From Craspedostauros australis (Eukaryota), in NCBI GenBank assembly GCA_030167865.1, contig JALAGF010004489.1, positions 1 to 43,671 on the forward strand: 43,671 nt of DNA, in the 5' to 3' direction. The translations under genes and the position numbers were made by a program. Each line of letters starts with the position of its first letter. Position 1 is the first letter of the stretch. Under the pieces are notes generated by a model. It worked only from the letters and a program-made list of their open reading frames with translations, was not told where the DNA came from and made no database searches. Shown here one piece after another: positions 22,962-36,174 of this stretch.

Positions 22962-25900
22962 GAGACGGAGGATCAAGCACGAATAAAATAGAGAGCTTGC
23001 GTACTATTATTATGAGGCAATGGAGAGGAGTTGCGAGACATCGAGGATCGACACAGAATCGCTGCATCGGACGTCATCATTGAAGGCGATCTTCTGCCTT
23101 CGCTCCGCATGATGATGCTTCCGAAGTGGAGGAGGGAGGGAAGGAGGGAGGTACATCGAAGTCTGTGTGAAGGAGGGCAGTGGGTCCAAGACCAGAACGG
23201 CACACAGAGAGAGCACGGACAAGAAACAACCTGTCATGGATCGCGCGAAGCAATCAACAGAGCATCACTCCAACCAATGCCAAACGCGAATCCGACGCCC
23301 TTGTGGATTGCAGCGATTGGCGCGACGACCAATCTGACACGAAGCCCAGAACCTTCGCAGGACCTTGGTGTCTTGCCTTGCCGTGAGATTGATGTCGCTG
23401 TCTTGGACAGAATGCGTACAATAGTAGTAGTTCGCACAGCCGAACAAGGAAAGCGTTTTGGGCCGTCGGTCCTTCAGGCTTCGTTGTTTGCGACGGAGAG
23501 AAGTCAAAACGTACTATACAGCTACAACACCCAAATCCATTGAGACGTTCCAAAGGTCTTCATCAATTCCCACCCAAGAGATGATGGTGTCATGATGATG
23601 ATGATGATGATGATAGCCGGCGTAACCATTTGCCCGATCCGATGCTCCCGGACATGATTCGGGCGAGTGGTGGATGAGGGAGACTAACGGAGCCTTGTGG
23701 GAATGCAATTCCTCCGCTCGGTTGTACTGTAGCTCGTAGACCAACCTGATCTTTGACCTCCGAGTTCTGCGCTGTGGATGATTGTGTTGGTTGTGTTGGC
23801 CATGTTGCATCTTCTGATACGACAACAGCAACAACAGCAATGCTACACTTGAAGAGCGTAGGTTTTAGGCAAGAGAATGAAGTCTCCACGACGCTCCTGA
23901 GAGTAAGTCTCCACACATACCACAGCCATAAGAAAGGATGCGGATACAGTTATCTTATTTCAACCCTCTGCGCGCAGTTGCATCAACAAGGAAATTGCAA
24001 CAACGGAGCTGCCGAAGTCAGGTCCAGCAGCACGATCAACTCATGATGGACGTTTGTGGAGTTGAGGTTAGCTGTTGCTCTGTCTCTCTCTCTCTCTCTT
24101 TGTCGCCCATGCCAGGCAGCGTCAGAAACATCAACCTGCGCGATCCTCTTGCGCGCAACGACGGCCGATCTTGCTTCCTCGCAATTTCATCACCGCCATG
24201 GCCGGAATCAATCACACACTCTCTCTCTCTCTCTCCAGAGATACAGCGGGAGTGACATGATTGATTGATCGGTGTCGTCACTCCTTGTGCCCACATGCCT
24301 GCCCTCCTCACTACCCACATCATCTCTCCATCCTGCTCTACCCATCACCATCTCCTTGGCGTGAACCAACGTGTGGAGAGACAATTTCTCCAAGTTGGCA
24401 TTAAATGTTCGCCCAGCGATACTCGCAGAGAGCGACATCAGTTCTCACCATTCTCCCTTTTGTGCATTTTCGGTTTTGCGCAAACGACCTTCGGCGAATA
24501 ATCGCTTGTGTTCTCCGCATGCATTGCTTTGGGGTGTGAAGGATGTTCACGGCACACGACAGGATAAGTGCAAAACTTCCGCAACCGGAGCCCGGAAGGA
24601 GAAGAGAGAGAGAGAGAGCGCTGCGTGTTTGTGGACACGATACGACTAAAAGGCCCAAGCTGCGAGTACTCGTAAGATAATTGTGACAGAAGGAGCACGA
24701 GGCGCGCAAAAGTAGGATGACATTGCGCTGTGTCGAAATGGGGAACGAAATGGGAACAGGAATGATGAGGCAACTGTCGTGGCGGGTGGATTTCACGGAA
24801 CGCCTCACGATGATTGTGTTGGACCGCTCTGTCGTCGTCGTCTCTCTCTCTCTCTCTCTTTGGAGCAAGTTCAGGAGAGCAGCATTGTGGGCGCCATCAA
24901 AAGTTGCTATTTCGCGAAGCAAGACATGGTCCCGTTCCTTCTGGAGGTACTCCATTTGGTGAACACGATCGTGCAAAAGTGTTGACTGAAGAAGACACAT
25001 ATCTTGCATGTCGATCGTGACGCTCTGGCAGTTTCGCCGCGTTTCTGTTGCCCTTCGTGCAGACTAAGCGAGCATTTGGGTCTTGCGGTAAATAAAAACA
25101 TAACATGATTATGACCATTGTGCGTTCTATCAGATATGATTTGTGTTGGATATGATCGAGACACTACTATAACAATTAAAAAACAATTAAACCGTATACC
25201 CCGGATACGTCCTAAGAAGACGCGGCTGCGTTTTCCGCCCCCTTCCTTCGAACAACGATGGAGTCGTCGCTGGCGCAACGCTGTTGGTATCAGGTCATTG
25301 TTTGCCTTTGTCAATTGCACGAACTGCCCATTCCGCAGCAACCAAAAGCAAAGACAGACTGCATGTACACCACGCCTCGCCGTAACAACAAGAACAGGAG
25401 GGAAGCGTCGAGCCCAGGTACCATCGCACGAGCGCAGGACATTGACACAAACCGAACAACACAAGCGTTCGCGCTGATCAGCACCAAACACGGACGCAGA
25501 CACACGCCTGCGGAGGGTCCATTTCGCACCTCTGGCAGAGCAGTAGTAGAATACGATCCATCAGTACTCTGTTGATACCATACCATAGCTCGGACCATAC
25601 GTCGGACCATACGCAGATCAGCATCCGCACCTCGACGAATCCCACCAAGAGATAGAGTGCAATAAAAGCGACAAACCGCGCCACCATTCGCATCCATCGC
25701 TGAGGCTTCTTCTTCACTTGACGCAAGAGCCCATCTTGAGGTGGCCTCATTTCAAAGAACGGCGCCCTTCCATCTTCTTCCTCGGCTGGTTGCATCACAC
25801 GCAGCGTGGAAAGAAGAGGAGACCACAAACGGAACCTGCTCTATCACACCTGTTGTAGTACACTCGTAGCTCGTACGACTATTCTACGTGTGAATTCCAT

Positions 25901-25974
25901 CCGAGACTCGAGGTGGCCATAGCATCCACAAGCGCAGCATTCACAGAGAGGTGGACAGGAGCAACTTGAACAAC

Positions 25975-28900
25975 ATGAACAACATGCAATCGCAAGGCCA
26001 GCAACAACAACAACAACAACAACGAGAAGAACAGTACGATGATGAAATACTGAGCCTTCAGGGTTCCAACAGGCAGTTGACAACGGCGGCGAGAACAGGC
26101 GATGTTGGACAGATGCTGGGTACTTCGCAGGCGATCCTGGGTGCCGGGATCGGTGACCGCGGTCCCGCGGGCGCAGCCTACCTGGGGGAGAGCATCGTAG
26201 AGGACGGGAGCAGCCATCGGGGGGCGATGTCCGGCACCAACTCCACGCCCACCAGGATCCGCACCACTGATTCTGTCCTGGGGGGCTCCACCAGCACCAA
26301 CCAGGTCGAATGGGGCAGACGCGTGGACAAGCGCGTGCGCCGCATGCGCGAGTACCTCCTCTTCCTCCTCATCGGCGCCACGCTATTCATCAGTCTCACC
26401 ATCTACTACACCATCTTCTTCAACCAGGTCAACCAGTTCGAGGATCAGTTCACGAGCATCTCCGTTCAGTACCTCGATCGGATACAGGAGCAGTTCGAGT
26501 CCACCATCACCGTCCTCACGACCATCGGTGAGAGCCACACCATCACAACGCCAACCGCCAACCTTAACGGAGACGTGGACGTGGACGTGGACGTGAGCAG
26601 CACACAGACGGACCAGCAGCGGGACAGGCGGCTCGATTCTACTCTCAAGGCCTCGAATACATACCCCCAGGACTGGCCATTCCGCATTGTCCCAGGCCAG
26701 GACTGGCCCGTCATTGCTGCATCCACTCTCTCCATTGGCGACTTTGGTTGGACAGCGATTGTGCCCGTGATTCCCAACAATGACACTGTGCGAGCACAGT
26801 ACGAGGCATACGTGGAGGAGACCAAGTCTGCGTGGATGCCGCCCACGCAAGCTTACAACCAGAGGATAATCCGACAGTGGAGACAGACATTCCTGGGGAA
26901 CGAGGACATCCCCGAAGGACAACAGCAGCCTCCCAACTTCTCGAACGCCATCTTCAATTCGAAAACCTTGACGGATCAGCAGGCCTCCAGGAACTCCACC
27001 GTCAACGCCATCTTCGAACACGAGCCAGACGATCCAGACTACTACCGAGTCCAGCCACCGCAGACTGGTCCCTACTACCCCATCCACCAGAGCTACCCGC
27101 TCGCGCCCATCAACCTCAACTACAACCTCATGTCTCACGAAGTCTACGGCAAGGAGCTGCAGGTCGCCTTGGAGCTCTTCAAGCGTCAGCAGCACATCTA
27201 CACCATGTACGTTGGCACGTTGACCGAGGCGACGGGTGTCGGTCCAAGGGACAGGCCCAACGCAAAGGGGGAGACGAGGAAGAATTTGAACTACCAAGGC
27301 CTCAAGCTCAGGCAGCCGGCCAGCATGTTCTTTGTACCCATCAAGGCCGGACTAAGGACGGCGACTGAGGGAATCCTGGACTCCGATTCGACCGATGATG
27401 ATGATGATGGTGAGACCACACCGGATGCCATCTGGATTGCCAAATTCCGATGGATCCCCATGCTGCAACCGCGAAGCTTCTCGGAGAAGGCCGAAGGCAT
27501 GCAGATTGTTCTGGTGCACAACTGTCGGGGGTACGAGACGGACAGCGAATCGGGAAAGATGAAGGAGGTCGTCGAGCAGCTCAGCACGACCACGTTCCAA
27601 GTCAACGAGGATCTGGGAGTGGAATGGTTGGGTTTTGGAGATTTGCACAAATCGACGCTCAATTACCTCGAGGAATCCGCAGTTCTGCGTCAGCCCATCC
27701 TGCGACGTACACCGGACGCCTTCCGAACCCTCAGCTCCACCATGGAGGGCTGCGCACAGTTCGAGTACGAGCTGCGGCTGTACCCATCGCAGAAGATGAA
27801 GGACAACTTCTTCAACTTGGCGCCGATCGGGTACACCGTGCTCGTGCTGGTCGTATTTGCTGTCACGTCCCTGATCTTTATCGGGTACGACTACTACGTG
27901 GATCGACGGCAGCGGCTGGTCATGCAATCCGCCGAGCGACACCACGCCATCGTCTCATCGCTGTTCCCAAAACGAATCCGGGAACGTCTCTTCAAGTCCG
28001 TCGATGTAGAAGTCACATCCAGCAGACGCCGTGCGCAGTCGGGGGAAGCCATCCCAGCGGAGGTGACGGACAACTCAATCCATGGTCGCATGCTGACGCA
28101 ACGTGCCAGACTCCGCAGTGCCCTGGCCGCGGCCGCTCCAACTTTGACCGCGCCTCCAAAGGGGAACGAAAAGTCGGAAAGCAACGACAGCGAAGGTCAC
28201 TCCTTCTACAACGACGCCTCGCTTTCGGGCGGTAACCACGACGACAAGGACGGCGATACGGGGACCCACTCCGAGGATGGGGCAAGCAAACACGCGATGA
28301 TGTCAAACGCATCCACGCACAGCAGACTGCTGAGGCCCGGCCGCAGCCTCGTCAAGTCGTTCCTGGGAGGAGGCAACAAGGACAGCACGTGGGCGAAGGG
28401 GGCCTCTTCGCACCAGCGCGTCACCTTCCTTGGAAGTGGTATGGGCGCCTCAACGCACAGCCGACGATCGGGCAGCGGCAGTACTGCCATGGCACAGTCC
28501 AGCGCCATCGCAGATCTCTTCACCCAGACCACGGTTCTGTTCGCAGATATCGACGGGTTCACGGCGTGGTCATCGAGCCGCGAACCAACGCAGGTGTTCA
28601 TCTTGCTCGAGACGGTCTACGGCGAATTCGACACGCTGGCTGACAAACGCGATGTCTTCAAGGTGGAAACCATCGGTGACTCCTACGTCGCCGTCACTGG
28701 ACTCCCCGATCCGCAGCCCAATCACGCCGTCATCATGACACGTTTCGCTTACGAGATGCAGGTCCAAATGACGTCGGTCACGCGCGAGCTTGTGGTGGAG
28801 CTGGGACCCGACACGGCCGATCTGTCCCTGCGCGTTGGATTGCATTCAGGCCCTGTCATCGCCGGCGTCCTGCGCGGACAGAAGTCGCGATTCCAGCTGT

Positions 28901-31097
28901 TCGGTGACACGGTCAACACGGCAGCACGTATGGAAAGCACGGGCAAATCGCATCACATCCAATGCTCCAAGTCCACAGCCGAAGCGTTGGAAGACAGCGG
29001 CAAGTCGCAGTGGCTGATCCCGCGTGAGGATATGGTCATGGCCAAAGGCAAGGGTGCCATGCAAACGTACGTCCATGCATGCATGTTGTGATGTCCTGTA
29101 TATGTATTGAGTGTCTTACTTGTTGCTGTACTTGTTGCTGGATGCATGTTGTTCAAAATCGACGCCGCTTGCTGCTTGCTGCTTGCTGCTTGCTGGTCAT
29201 TGTGTGCAAAGACTGAGTTTGCAATGACACGGAGCACGATGTGCCATAGGCCACATCACATACCGCACCGTCTCGTATCGCACGACATCATGCTCAACAC
29301 GGCACGAACACTCCGTTTATTCCTTCATCTTTCGCTGCGTACCATACATACTCGCATTCATGCTTGCCACTTTCGTGCCACACAATCTCCGTTTGATATC
29401 CCACACACTACTGCAGCTTCTGGGTGGATCCAAGAGGATACAGGAGGAAGCGCAGCAAACGCTCGATGAAAAAGCCGTCACCGCAGCATTCGGGGCAAAA
29501 CAGCACCGATGGAAACACCGCCGCCACCGACACAGATCGCAGGGATTCCATCCGATCCAGCAACAGCACGGGAGATGTCGAAACCACCGCATCTCCGCCT
29601 TCTTTCGCGGATGGGGCCTCAATTCAAAGCCAGAGGAGCAGCAATGCCGATACGGACCGCGACGATGCAGATGATGACAAGTTCATGCAGGACGACGATG
29701 GCAGTTCTCGTGGCGGCATGAGCTCATCGCGAGACAAGTACGGACGCAGGAAGAAGGCATCGCGTTCGGCGGACTTTGAACGTCATCTGGATTGGAATGT
29801 CGACCTTCTATCGCGACTGCTCAAGTCAGTCATCGCTCGCCAGAAGAACCGTGGCAGCTTCCAGGTGAAGAATTCGAACAAGCCGCAAGTGAAGAAGCTC
29901 TTCAACCTGTCCATGAGCACGCACAACTCGGAGGCGTCGATCCTTGAGGACGACATCCACGAATTCTCCTTGAGGTTACCAAGAGAGGAGTACGCAGAAT
30001 GTATCCACCTCCCGCAGTACCACCACAAGAAACCCGCCAAGGGCCAGCAGCAGGACATCAGCGCCGACAGCATCCAGATCGACAAGGTGGTTCAGGATGA
30101 GCTCCGCGATTACGTCACCAAGATCGCTTGCTCGTATCACAGCAATCCGTTCCACAACTACGACCACGCCACCCATGTCACCATGTCCGCCAACAAGATC
30201 TTGAACCGCGTGGTTGCGGCCGAAGACATGAACATCAACATGAAGCACCACCGACGGCTTTCGTTGGATGCGGTGCGGCACGACTACACGTACGGGATCA
30301 CCTCCGATCCCTTGACTCACTTTGCGTGCGTGTTTTCCGCCATGATCCATGACGTCGACCATCCTGGCGTCTCTAACGCGCAGCTCGTCAAGGAGGAAGA
30401 CGAGATGGCGATGTTGTACGGGCAGAAGAGCGTGGCAGAGCAAAACTCCGTCGATCTGGCATGGAATCTGCTCATGGACCCCGCCTACCGCAATCTCCGC
30501 AACGCCATGTTCATCGGCGAGGAGGAGAGGAAGCGATTCCGCCAGCTGCTGGTGAATTCTGTGATGGCCACGGACATCTTCGATCCTGAACTCGTCGCCA
30601 AGCGCAATCGACGTTGGGAGAAAGCGTTCGCATCATCGTCAGGCTCCACCGTATCATCGTCATCGAATGACGAAGACCACAAGGGCGAGGAACATCAATC
30701 CAGCGCGGATCTGCGTGCGACGATTGTGATCGAGCACATCATCCAGGCAGCCGATGTCAGCCACACCATGCAGCATTGGCACGTCTACCAGAAATGGAAC
30801 AGGCGCTTGTTCAACGAGATGTACCGCGCATACAAGACGGGACGTCTGGAGAATGACCCGTCGAAGGGCTGGTACAAGGGCGAGCTGTGGTTCTACGACA
30901 ACTACATCATCCCGCTGGCAAAGAAGCTGAAGGACTGCGGCGTGTTCGGCGTCTCCAGCGACGAGTTCCTGAACTACGCCATGATGAACCGTTCGGAATG
31001 GGAGGTGAAGGGAGAGCAGATCGTGGCCGATCTGTTGGCAAGCTTCGAGGACAACGCATTGAAGCGAACCTCATCCCAAGACACCATCGATGCGTGA
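25975..31097 (+). CDS. Receptor-type class III nucleotidyl (probably guanylyl) cyclase fused to a class I cyclic-nucleotide phosphodiesterase, ~1590 aa; exons 25975-29066 and 29417-31097
   Basis: Two TM helices flank a ~470-aa luminal domain. Cyclase motifs VLFADIDGFT, KVETIGDSYV, GLHSGPV, RFQLFGDTVNTAARMES. Intron 29067-29416 (GTACGT..CTGCAG) restores KGKGAMQTFWV. PDE motifs PFHNYDHATHV, HDVDHPGVSN, ATD, AADVSH. Confidence 0.93.
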
Positions 31098-32476
31098 GGC
31101 GCGGGTTGCTTGCCACACGCGAATGCATGCGCACATGCGTGCGTAGGTACATGCGCGAAAGTGAAGCTTGCTTCTTCATCACAGAAAGGTGCAAGATGAT
31201 TGCCTTCTTAGTCCTACCATACTCGTACGTACAACTATGGTACCTCCTCAACGATGATAGTGTGATCGAATCGATGACATTTGGACGCCATAGGTGTATT
31301 CGTAATTGTGAATTCATGAGGCGCATTTACTACCTTTTGCCATTCCAGCCACGCCGCAATGATGATAAGTTTGGGGAAAAGAGCTATCGTACGAGGAAGC
31401 AGAGGTGGTCAAGGCCGCCAAGAGCGTTTACGCATGTGTCATAAAGTAAAGTAAAAGAGTCGAGAAGGCGCGCTGCCCGTACCGCACTATTGCACACGAG
31501 AGCGAAAATGGTGCTCTGTCGCCACGGGTGATCCAACTCGGCGTCGACGCGAATGTGCACCCGGACCTTGGAATGGAGATTACTCTTCTTGGAAAGAGAG
31601 TGGAGCGTTGGCGCCAACGATTTTCTTCACCTCTTGCTAACCCATCAACCAGAGGCAACATCGTGCCGCGCCGTGGCAGGGCATCACCCATGAGGCTCTT
31701 GAGTGAGCGCTTTGATCGCGGACGGTGCGGTATTCCCGCACTTGGGCCACCTGGATTGACAGTTTGTTGGAACTCGCGTAAGGTACTTACATTTCTGATA
31801 GGTATCGATACCTTACTCCATGGCCACGATATATGTTGAATTACATATACCAAGAGCAGTCCCGCATTCAAGTGGGAGAGCATGGTGCATCGTAGTGTAA
31901 GAGGAGAGTGTTCGCCGTTTGGTTGGAATAGTGTAGATCGCACGTCCCAACATACAACTCAATACAACGTAATACAACATAATATTAAGTATACTAATAC
32001 AATGCAATACTATACGATAGATTAGGGAATGGAGATTCAGCAAACAGCGTTGATCTGACCTCGCGATTGTTGTATGGATGATCGCACTGCATGAAGAGCG
32101 AGTAGATGTTGGGTGCGCTGTTGCACGCTTGTCCTTCGTGCACATCGACCATGTGGAGTAGGTATTAAATGTACGTATCTGTTGCTGGGTTGCAGGTGAA
32201 GCACGGTGTCCATGAGGCAACGACAGGCACATCCATCGATGCGTCTTGCCATGCTCTACTCTACTCTAACCAGTCCACCAGGTGATGCAATGCATGGCAA
32301 AGTACTCTGTTGTTTGTGTGAGAATATAATGCGTGTATCTATCGTATGTGGGTTGTGTTATTGTGTTGGGTGATGTTGTTTGCTGTTCGTTGCATCGATT
32401 GAGGTTCGGATTATGTGCAGAGAGCGAGTGGGCGAACACTGATTCCAAATCGATCAGCGTGTTCTAGTCCACCTCA

Positions 32477-33130
32477 TCACCTATGCTTGTGCACCGTCGG
32501 ATGATAGTAGGGCGTCTGCGGAAAGAATGGAAAGGAGCTGCCCATCGACGACGGACCGGCTGAAGGATAGGCCGATGATGCCGCAGAGGAGGACGGCGCG
32601 ATCGCCGATGCGCCATGCAAGTCCATGGACAGCGAGGACGATCCCGCCATGCCCGAATCGGACGACGAGTAGTGCAGCCAATCGTCCTGTAACGAGCGAC
32701 CGAACTCGTCGTCGGATTCTTCGCTGGCAAACTCGTCGTTGTCGCTGTTCCCGTCGTCTGCGTCGTCCTGCTCCAGCTGCGGATAGCACAGGCGATTGAG
32801 GAAGTCGTCATCGGCCGCGGCGGCCGATTGGCTCGAGGCGCCCGCCATGTTGTGATGGCTGCTGATGACGTCAAGCTCCATGCCCATCATGCCGCGGTGG
32901 CGCTGTCGGTGATGCGACGAGTGCATCGAGGCTGGCATGGAGGTCGTGCCACCGCCGGCCGCTGCGCCCGAGGCGGAACGGTGACGCGATCGGCGGCTGA
33001 TCTTCTGCAGTTCCTCGCCCCATCCGTGGTTCGTGAGGCCACCATCGCCATCCTCATTGTCGTCGTTGTTCGGCGTGAACTTGCGGGCGGTGTCGTTCGT
33101 CTGCACGATCGGGGAGTTGAAGTGGTTCAT
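32477..33130 (-). CDS. Hypothetical low-complexity protein, 217 aa
   Basis: ATG-initiated GC-rich ORF flanked by lower-GC DNA; acidic, Ser- and His-rich; no recognisable domain. Confidence 0.6.
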   Translation of the reverse strand: MNHFNSPIVQTNDTARKFTPNNDDNEDGDGGLTNHGWGEELQKISRRSRHRSASGAAAGGGTTSMPASMHSSHHRQRHRGMMGMELDVISSHHNMAGASSQSAAAADDDFLNRLCYPQLEQDDADDGNSDNDEFASEESDDEFGRSLQDDWLHYSSSDSGMAGSSSLSMDLHGASAIAPSSSAASSAYPSAGPSSMGSSFPFFPQTPYYHPTVHKHR

Positions 33131-34925
33131 TGTGATGGCTTGTGATGTCTTGTGTTGTGCTGTTTGTCTTTGGCTTGTGTTGTATTGTGCTGATGAGTGT
33201 CACTGTCTGTTCGTCAGGTATGATACTCTGTGGGATTATGGGTCAGCTGAGAAGGTCAGGAAGAAGCCGACGTTCGATGCTTGGTCTCTTGTGGTGTTGG
33301 TCTTGAGGCGAAGAGCTGCTGCGAGATGATGATGATCCAATCAACGTGAACGTGAACGTGGACCTTTGCGTATTGTGAAGCAGAGTGTGGCTATGTGGTC
33401 GAACCTCCCAGACCCGTCGATGTTTCTGATGCTTGGATTGATCCTTTGTCTCCTCTTCGATTGCTTTGTTTTGCTTTGCTTTCGTTACTTTGTTTTGTTT
33501 CTGTTCTGCTCTTACGATTGCCCTCCCTCTCGCGTCTCTTGCCTCTTGTCGTTGCTGTCGCTTTCCCTTCGTTTCTCTCCGCGTTGATTGCTCCTCTTCG
33601 CGGCGGCTGCGCCACGCACTCGCTTGTCGCTGCGGGCTGTTTTACTCCTTCTGTTGTCGCTGTTGTTGTTGCTGCAGTTGCTATCGCGTTGTCTTGCCAC
33701 AGAAAATGCCAGGCCATTGTGCCCAAAAAGAGAGCGTCATAATTGTTCCAATGATTTATGACCAACACCGTGAAAGGGCACAGCAAGACCGGATTACTTA
33801 AGCTGGTTCGGTGAAACTAACCAAGTACTTCTACATAAACGATTTCGAGTGCTCGTCGCAAATCTACGATCAAGAGTAGATACCCTCTGCAGCGTCACGT
33901 TTTCAGTCCGACTTAGTGTGACGTATCTTCTTGGTGGGAACCGGATCTGTGGAGGGAGCATTTGTCGAAGGATCCAAGACATGTTATCATTGCCTCTTGC
34001 GAGTGCAAAGGTCGTCCCCGTGGCTCGCGAAGCATCGACAGTATGTCTGCCGCAGAAGGGGCAAATGCTGTCGTGCGTGTTCGTGGCCATGTTTGTGATG
34101 CGCTCTATTGGGATTTATTATATGTCCTCTACTACAAAGCCTGTATGCTCCTCGGACGAGCCATGATACGTGTCCAGCAAGGTGTCCCCATGCCTGCAGA
34201 GGATCCCTTCTCTCTCTCTCTCTCTCTTCCTGTTGACGAGGTTGGTGGCGGCGTATTGCTGAAATGATGAATGGAGAGTTGGATTTGTCCAAAGTGCTTC
34301 GCTGGTGAGGTTGGAACCGCTCAGAGCCAGGGTGATGCGTGGTGCAGTAATCGTACTTCTCTCCTACGTGTCTCTGTTCGAAGGCGGGCGATGAGACGAG
34401 CGCTCGAACTGAGCCTCTACTCGTATTGGCCACAATGGGAGATGTTGGATTCCTCCGGATTGTGGACGGCGATCGCGGTTGCGGACTGTCGCCTTGGAGA
34501 AGATAGTGGCATCTGCAAGGTGAAGATGAGAGGGTGCTGCTGGTCGCCTGTTGGAGGAATTTGGTTGTGCTCACTGCTTTGTTGGTTCTGTTGACCGCAA
34601 TGACACCCCTCACGCCCACATTCGGTTGGTCCTGGCGGTAGCAGCGGCGGGTCACAGTTTGCATTTGGAGTTGAGTTGCACGGATGAAAAAGATGTTGGT
34701 CTTTCTGGTAGATTGATCCATCCCCTGCCGCGCTTGCTTCGTTCTTCGTTGTTTCGCGCTGAATACCTTGTCTGTGGATCATCTCTGTACTCTAATATCC
34801 ATGTCTGTTGCGAGCACTCGACGCAACGCGTCGTTCCCATGATAGGCGCAGCACCCGTATTGCATTGCATTGCATTGCGTTGCACCGCATTGTATTGTAT
34901 GGCATGGTATGGTGCACCGACTAAT

Positions 34926-35510
34926 TCAGAAACAACACAAACACGATTTCCATGACGATGACGACGTGCTGGAATGATGATATCCAGCACTCGCATCATC
35001 GCCGGTGTTGTATTCAGCACGTGCCCAGTCTGGATCATCAGATCCCGAGGCGTCGTTGTGCGGCTGATCATTGCGAACGACGTCCTTGTTGGTATCGTTC
35101 TGTGCTGTGCTTTCGCCGTGGCCAGCGCTGTACCAAGTTGGTTGCTGAGGCTGTTCCGACTGCCGCTGTTGCTGCTTGGATGGCGCATGACGATCGTCAC
35201 CATCGTCCCTGTTCTTGTCCCTAAAGTGCTCCCATTGCTGCGTGATCGATCCCTTCTGCTCCTGACGTTGCTGACGCCGCCGCGAGTAGTCCGAGTAGCG
35301 TCTCACTCCGCGCTTGCGGAACTCGCTGGCCTTGGTGGGCCCCACCTCGTGCTTCGGTTGCCGTGACAGCCCGTGCTGCACATCCCTCATGATGACGCGC
35401 TTGTACTTGGGACCTCCAATAGCGCTGAGGTTGTCGCTGGAGGTGGATGCAACGTCGGAGCCGCGCTGCGATGGACGCGACGATGGCGACGATGATGATG
35501 TGTTTCCCAT
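34926..35510 (-). CDS. Hypothetical hydrophilic protein, 194 aa, with possible N-myristoylation and C-terminal Cys cluster
   Basis: MGNTSSS start, in-frame stop upstream, ends WKSCLCCF. Confidence 0.6.
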   Translation of the reverse strand: MGNTSSSSPSSRPSQRGSDVASTSSDNLSAIGGPKYKRVIMRDVQHGLSRQPKHEVGPTKASEFRKRGVRRYSDYSRRRQQRQEQKGSITQQWEHFRDKNRDDGDDRHAPSKQQQRQSEQPQQPTWYSAGHGESTAQNDTNKDVVRNDQPHNDASGSDDPDWARAEYNTGDDASAGYHHSSTSSSSWKSCLCCF

Positions 35511-36174
35511 CTTTCCGCTTCTCCCAAGACTTCACACCGACGAAGTGGGATGCTCGGCTGCTTTCTCGTTGCTGCCCCGTTTCTGCCTCGATCCTTGATG
35601 GCTGGCTCGTGTTGACCGTTGCTGTGCCGTGGCGATCTTGTTACATCCTATCCACATTCATCCGTACTACTATTCATCCACGGCGCTCTCCTGTTTCATC
35701 TCATAACTTCGCCATAGTCACGATTTTGATCTTGTTTTCGTTGTTGTTTTGGTGTTCCATTTCCATCGTTGTCCGTCTTCCAAGCGTGTCCTTTTCAATC
35801 GTGTTCTTGTTCGGCAGAACGGAAATGTGTTTTCAATATAAGGTGGGTGTACTTTATTTGAGTACCACCGTATTAGTCTGGCTTGCGTACGTCGCGCCGC
35901 ATCATCTGGTTTGATGGGTTCTTCTTGGTCTGATCATTTCGCTCTGTTTTGTGCTTTGTGGAGCCATCGCCACGAACGTCAACACCTTCGACCACATCAT
36001 GATCGCCACCACCAACATCGTCGCCATCGTCAGGGTTCATGCATCAACTGCAACACCTTTGTGATCGTCGTTCACCCTTCCTCTTGGATTGTGTGAAGAT
36101 CCTTCGACCTCCATCGGCGCCTATTGTCTTCTTGCATTGAGCAGAAGGCAAGCAACCAACTTACCGATTCCACA

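Noticed and set aside
29067-29423. Separate cyclase and PDE genes
   Set aside because: A canonical intron joins them in frame and restores the conserved MQTFW cyclase end
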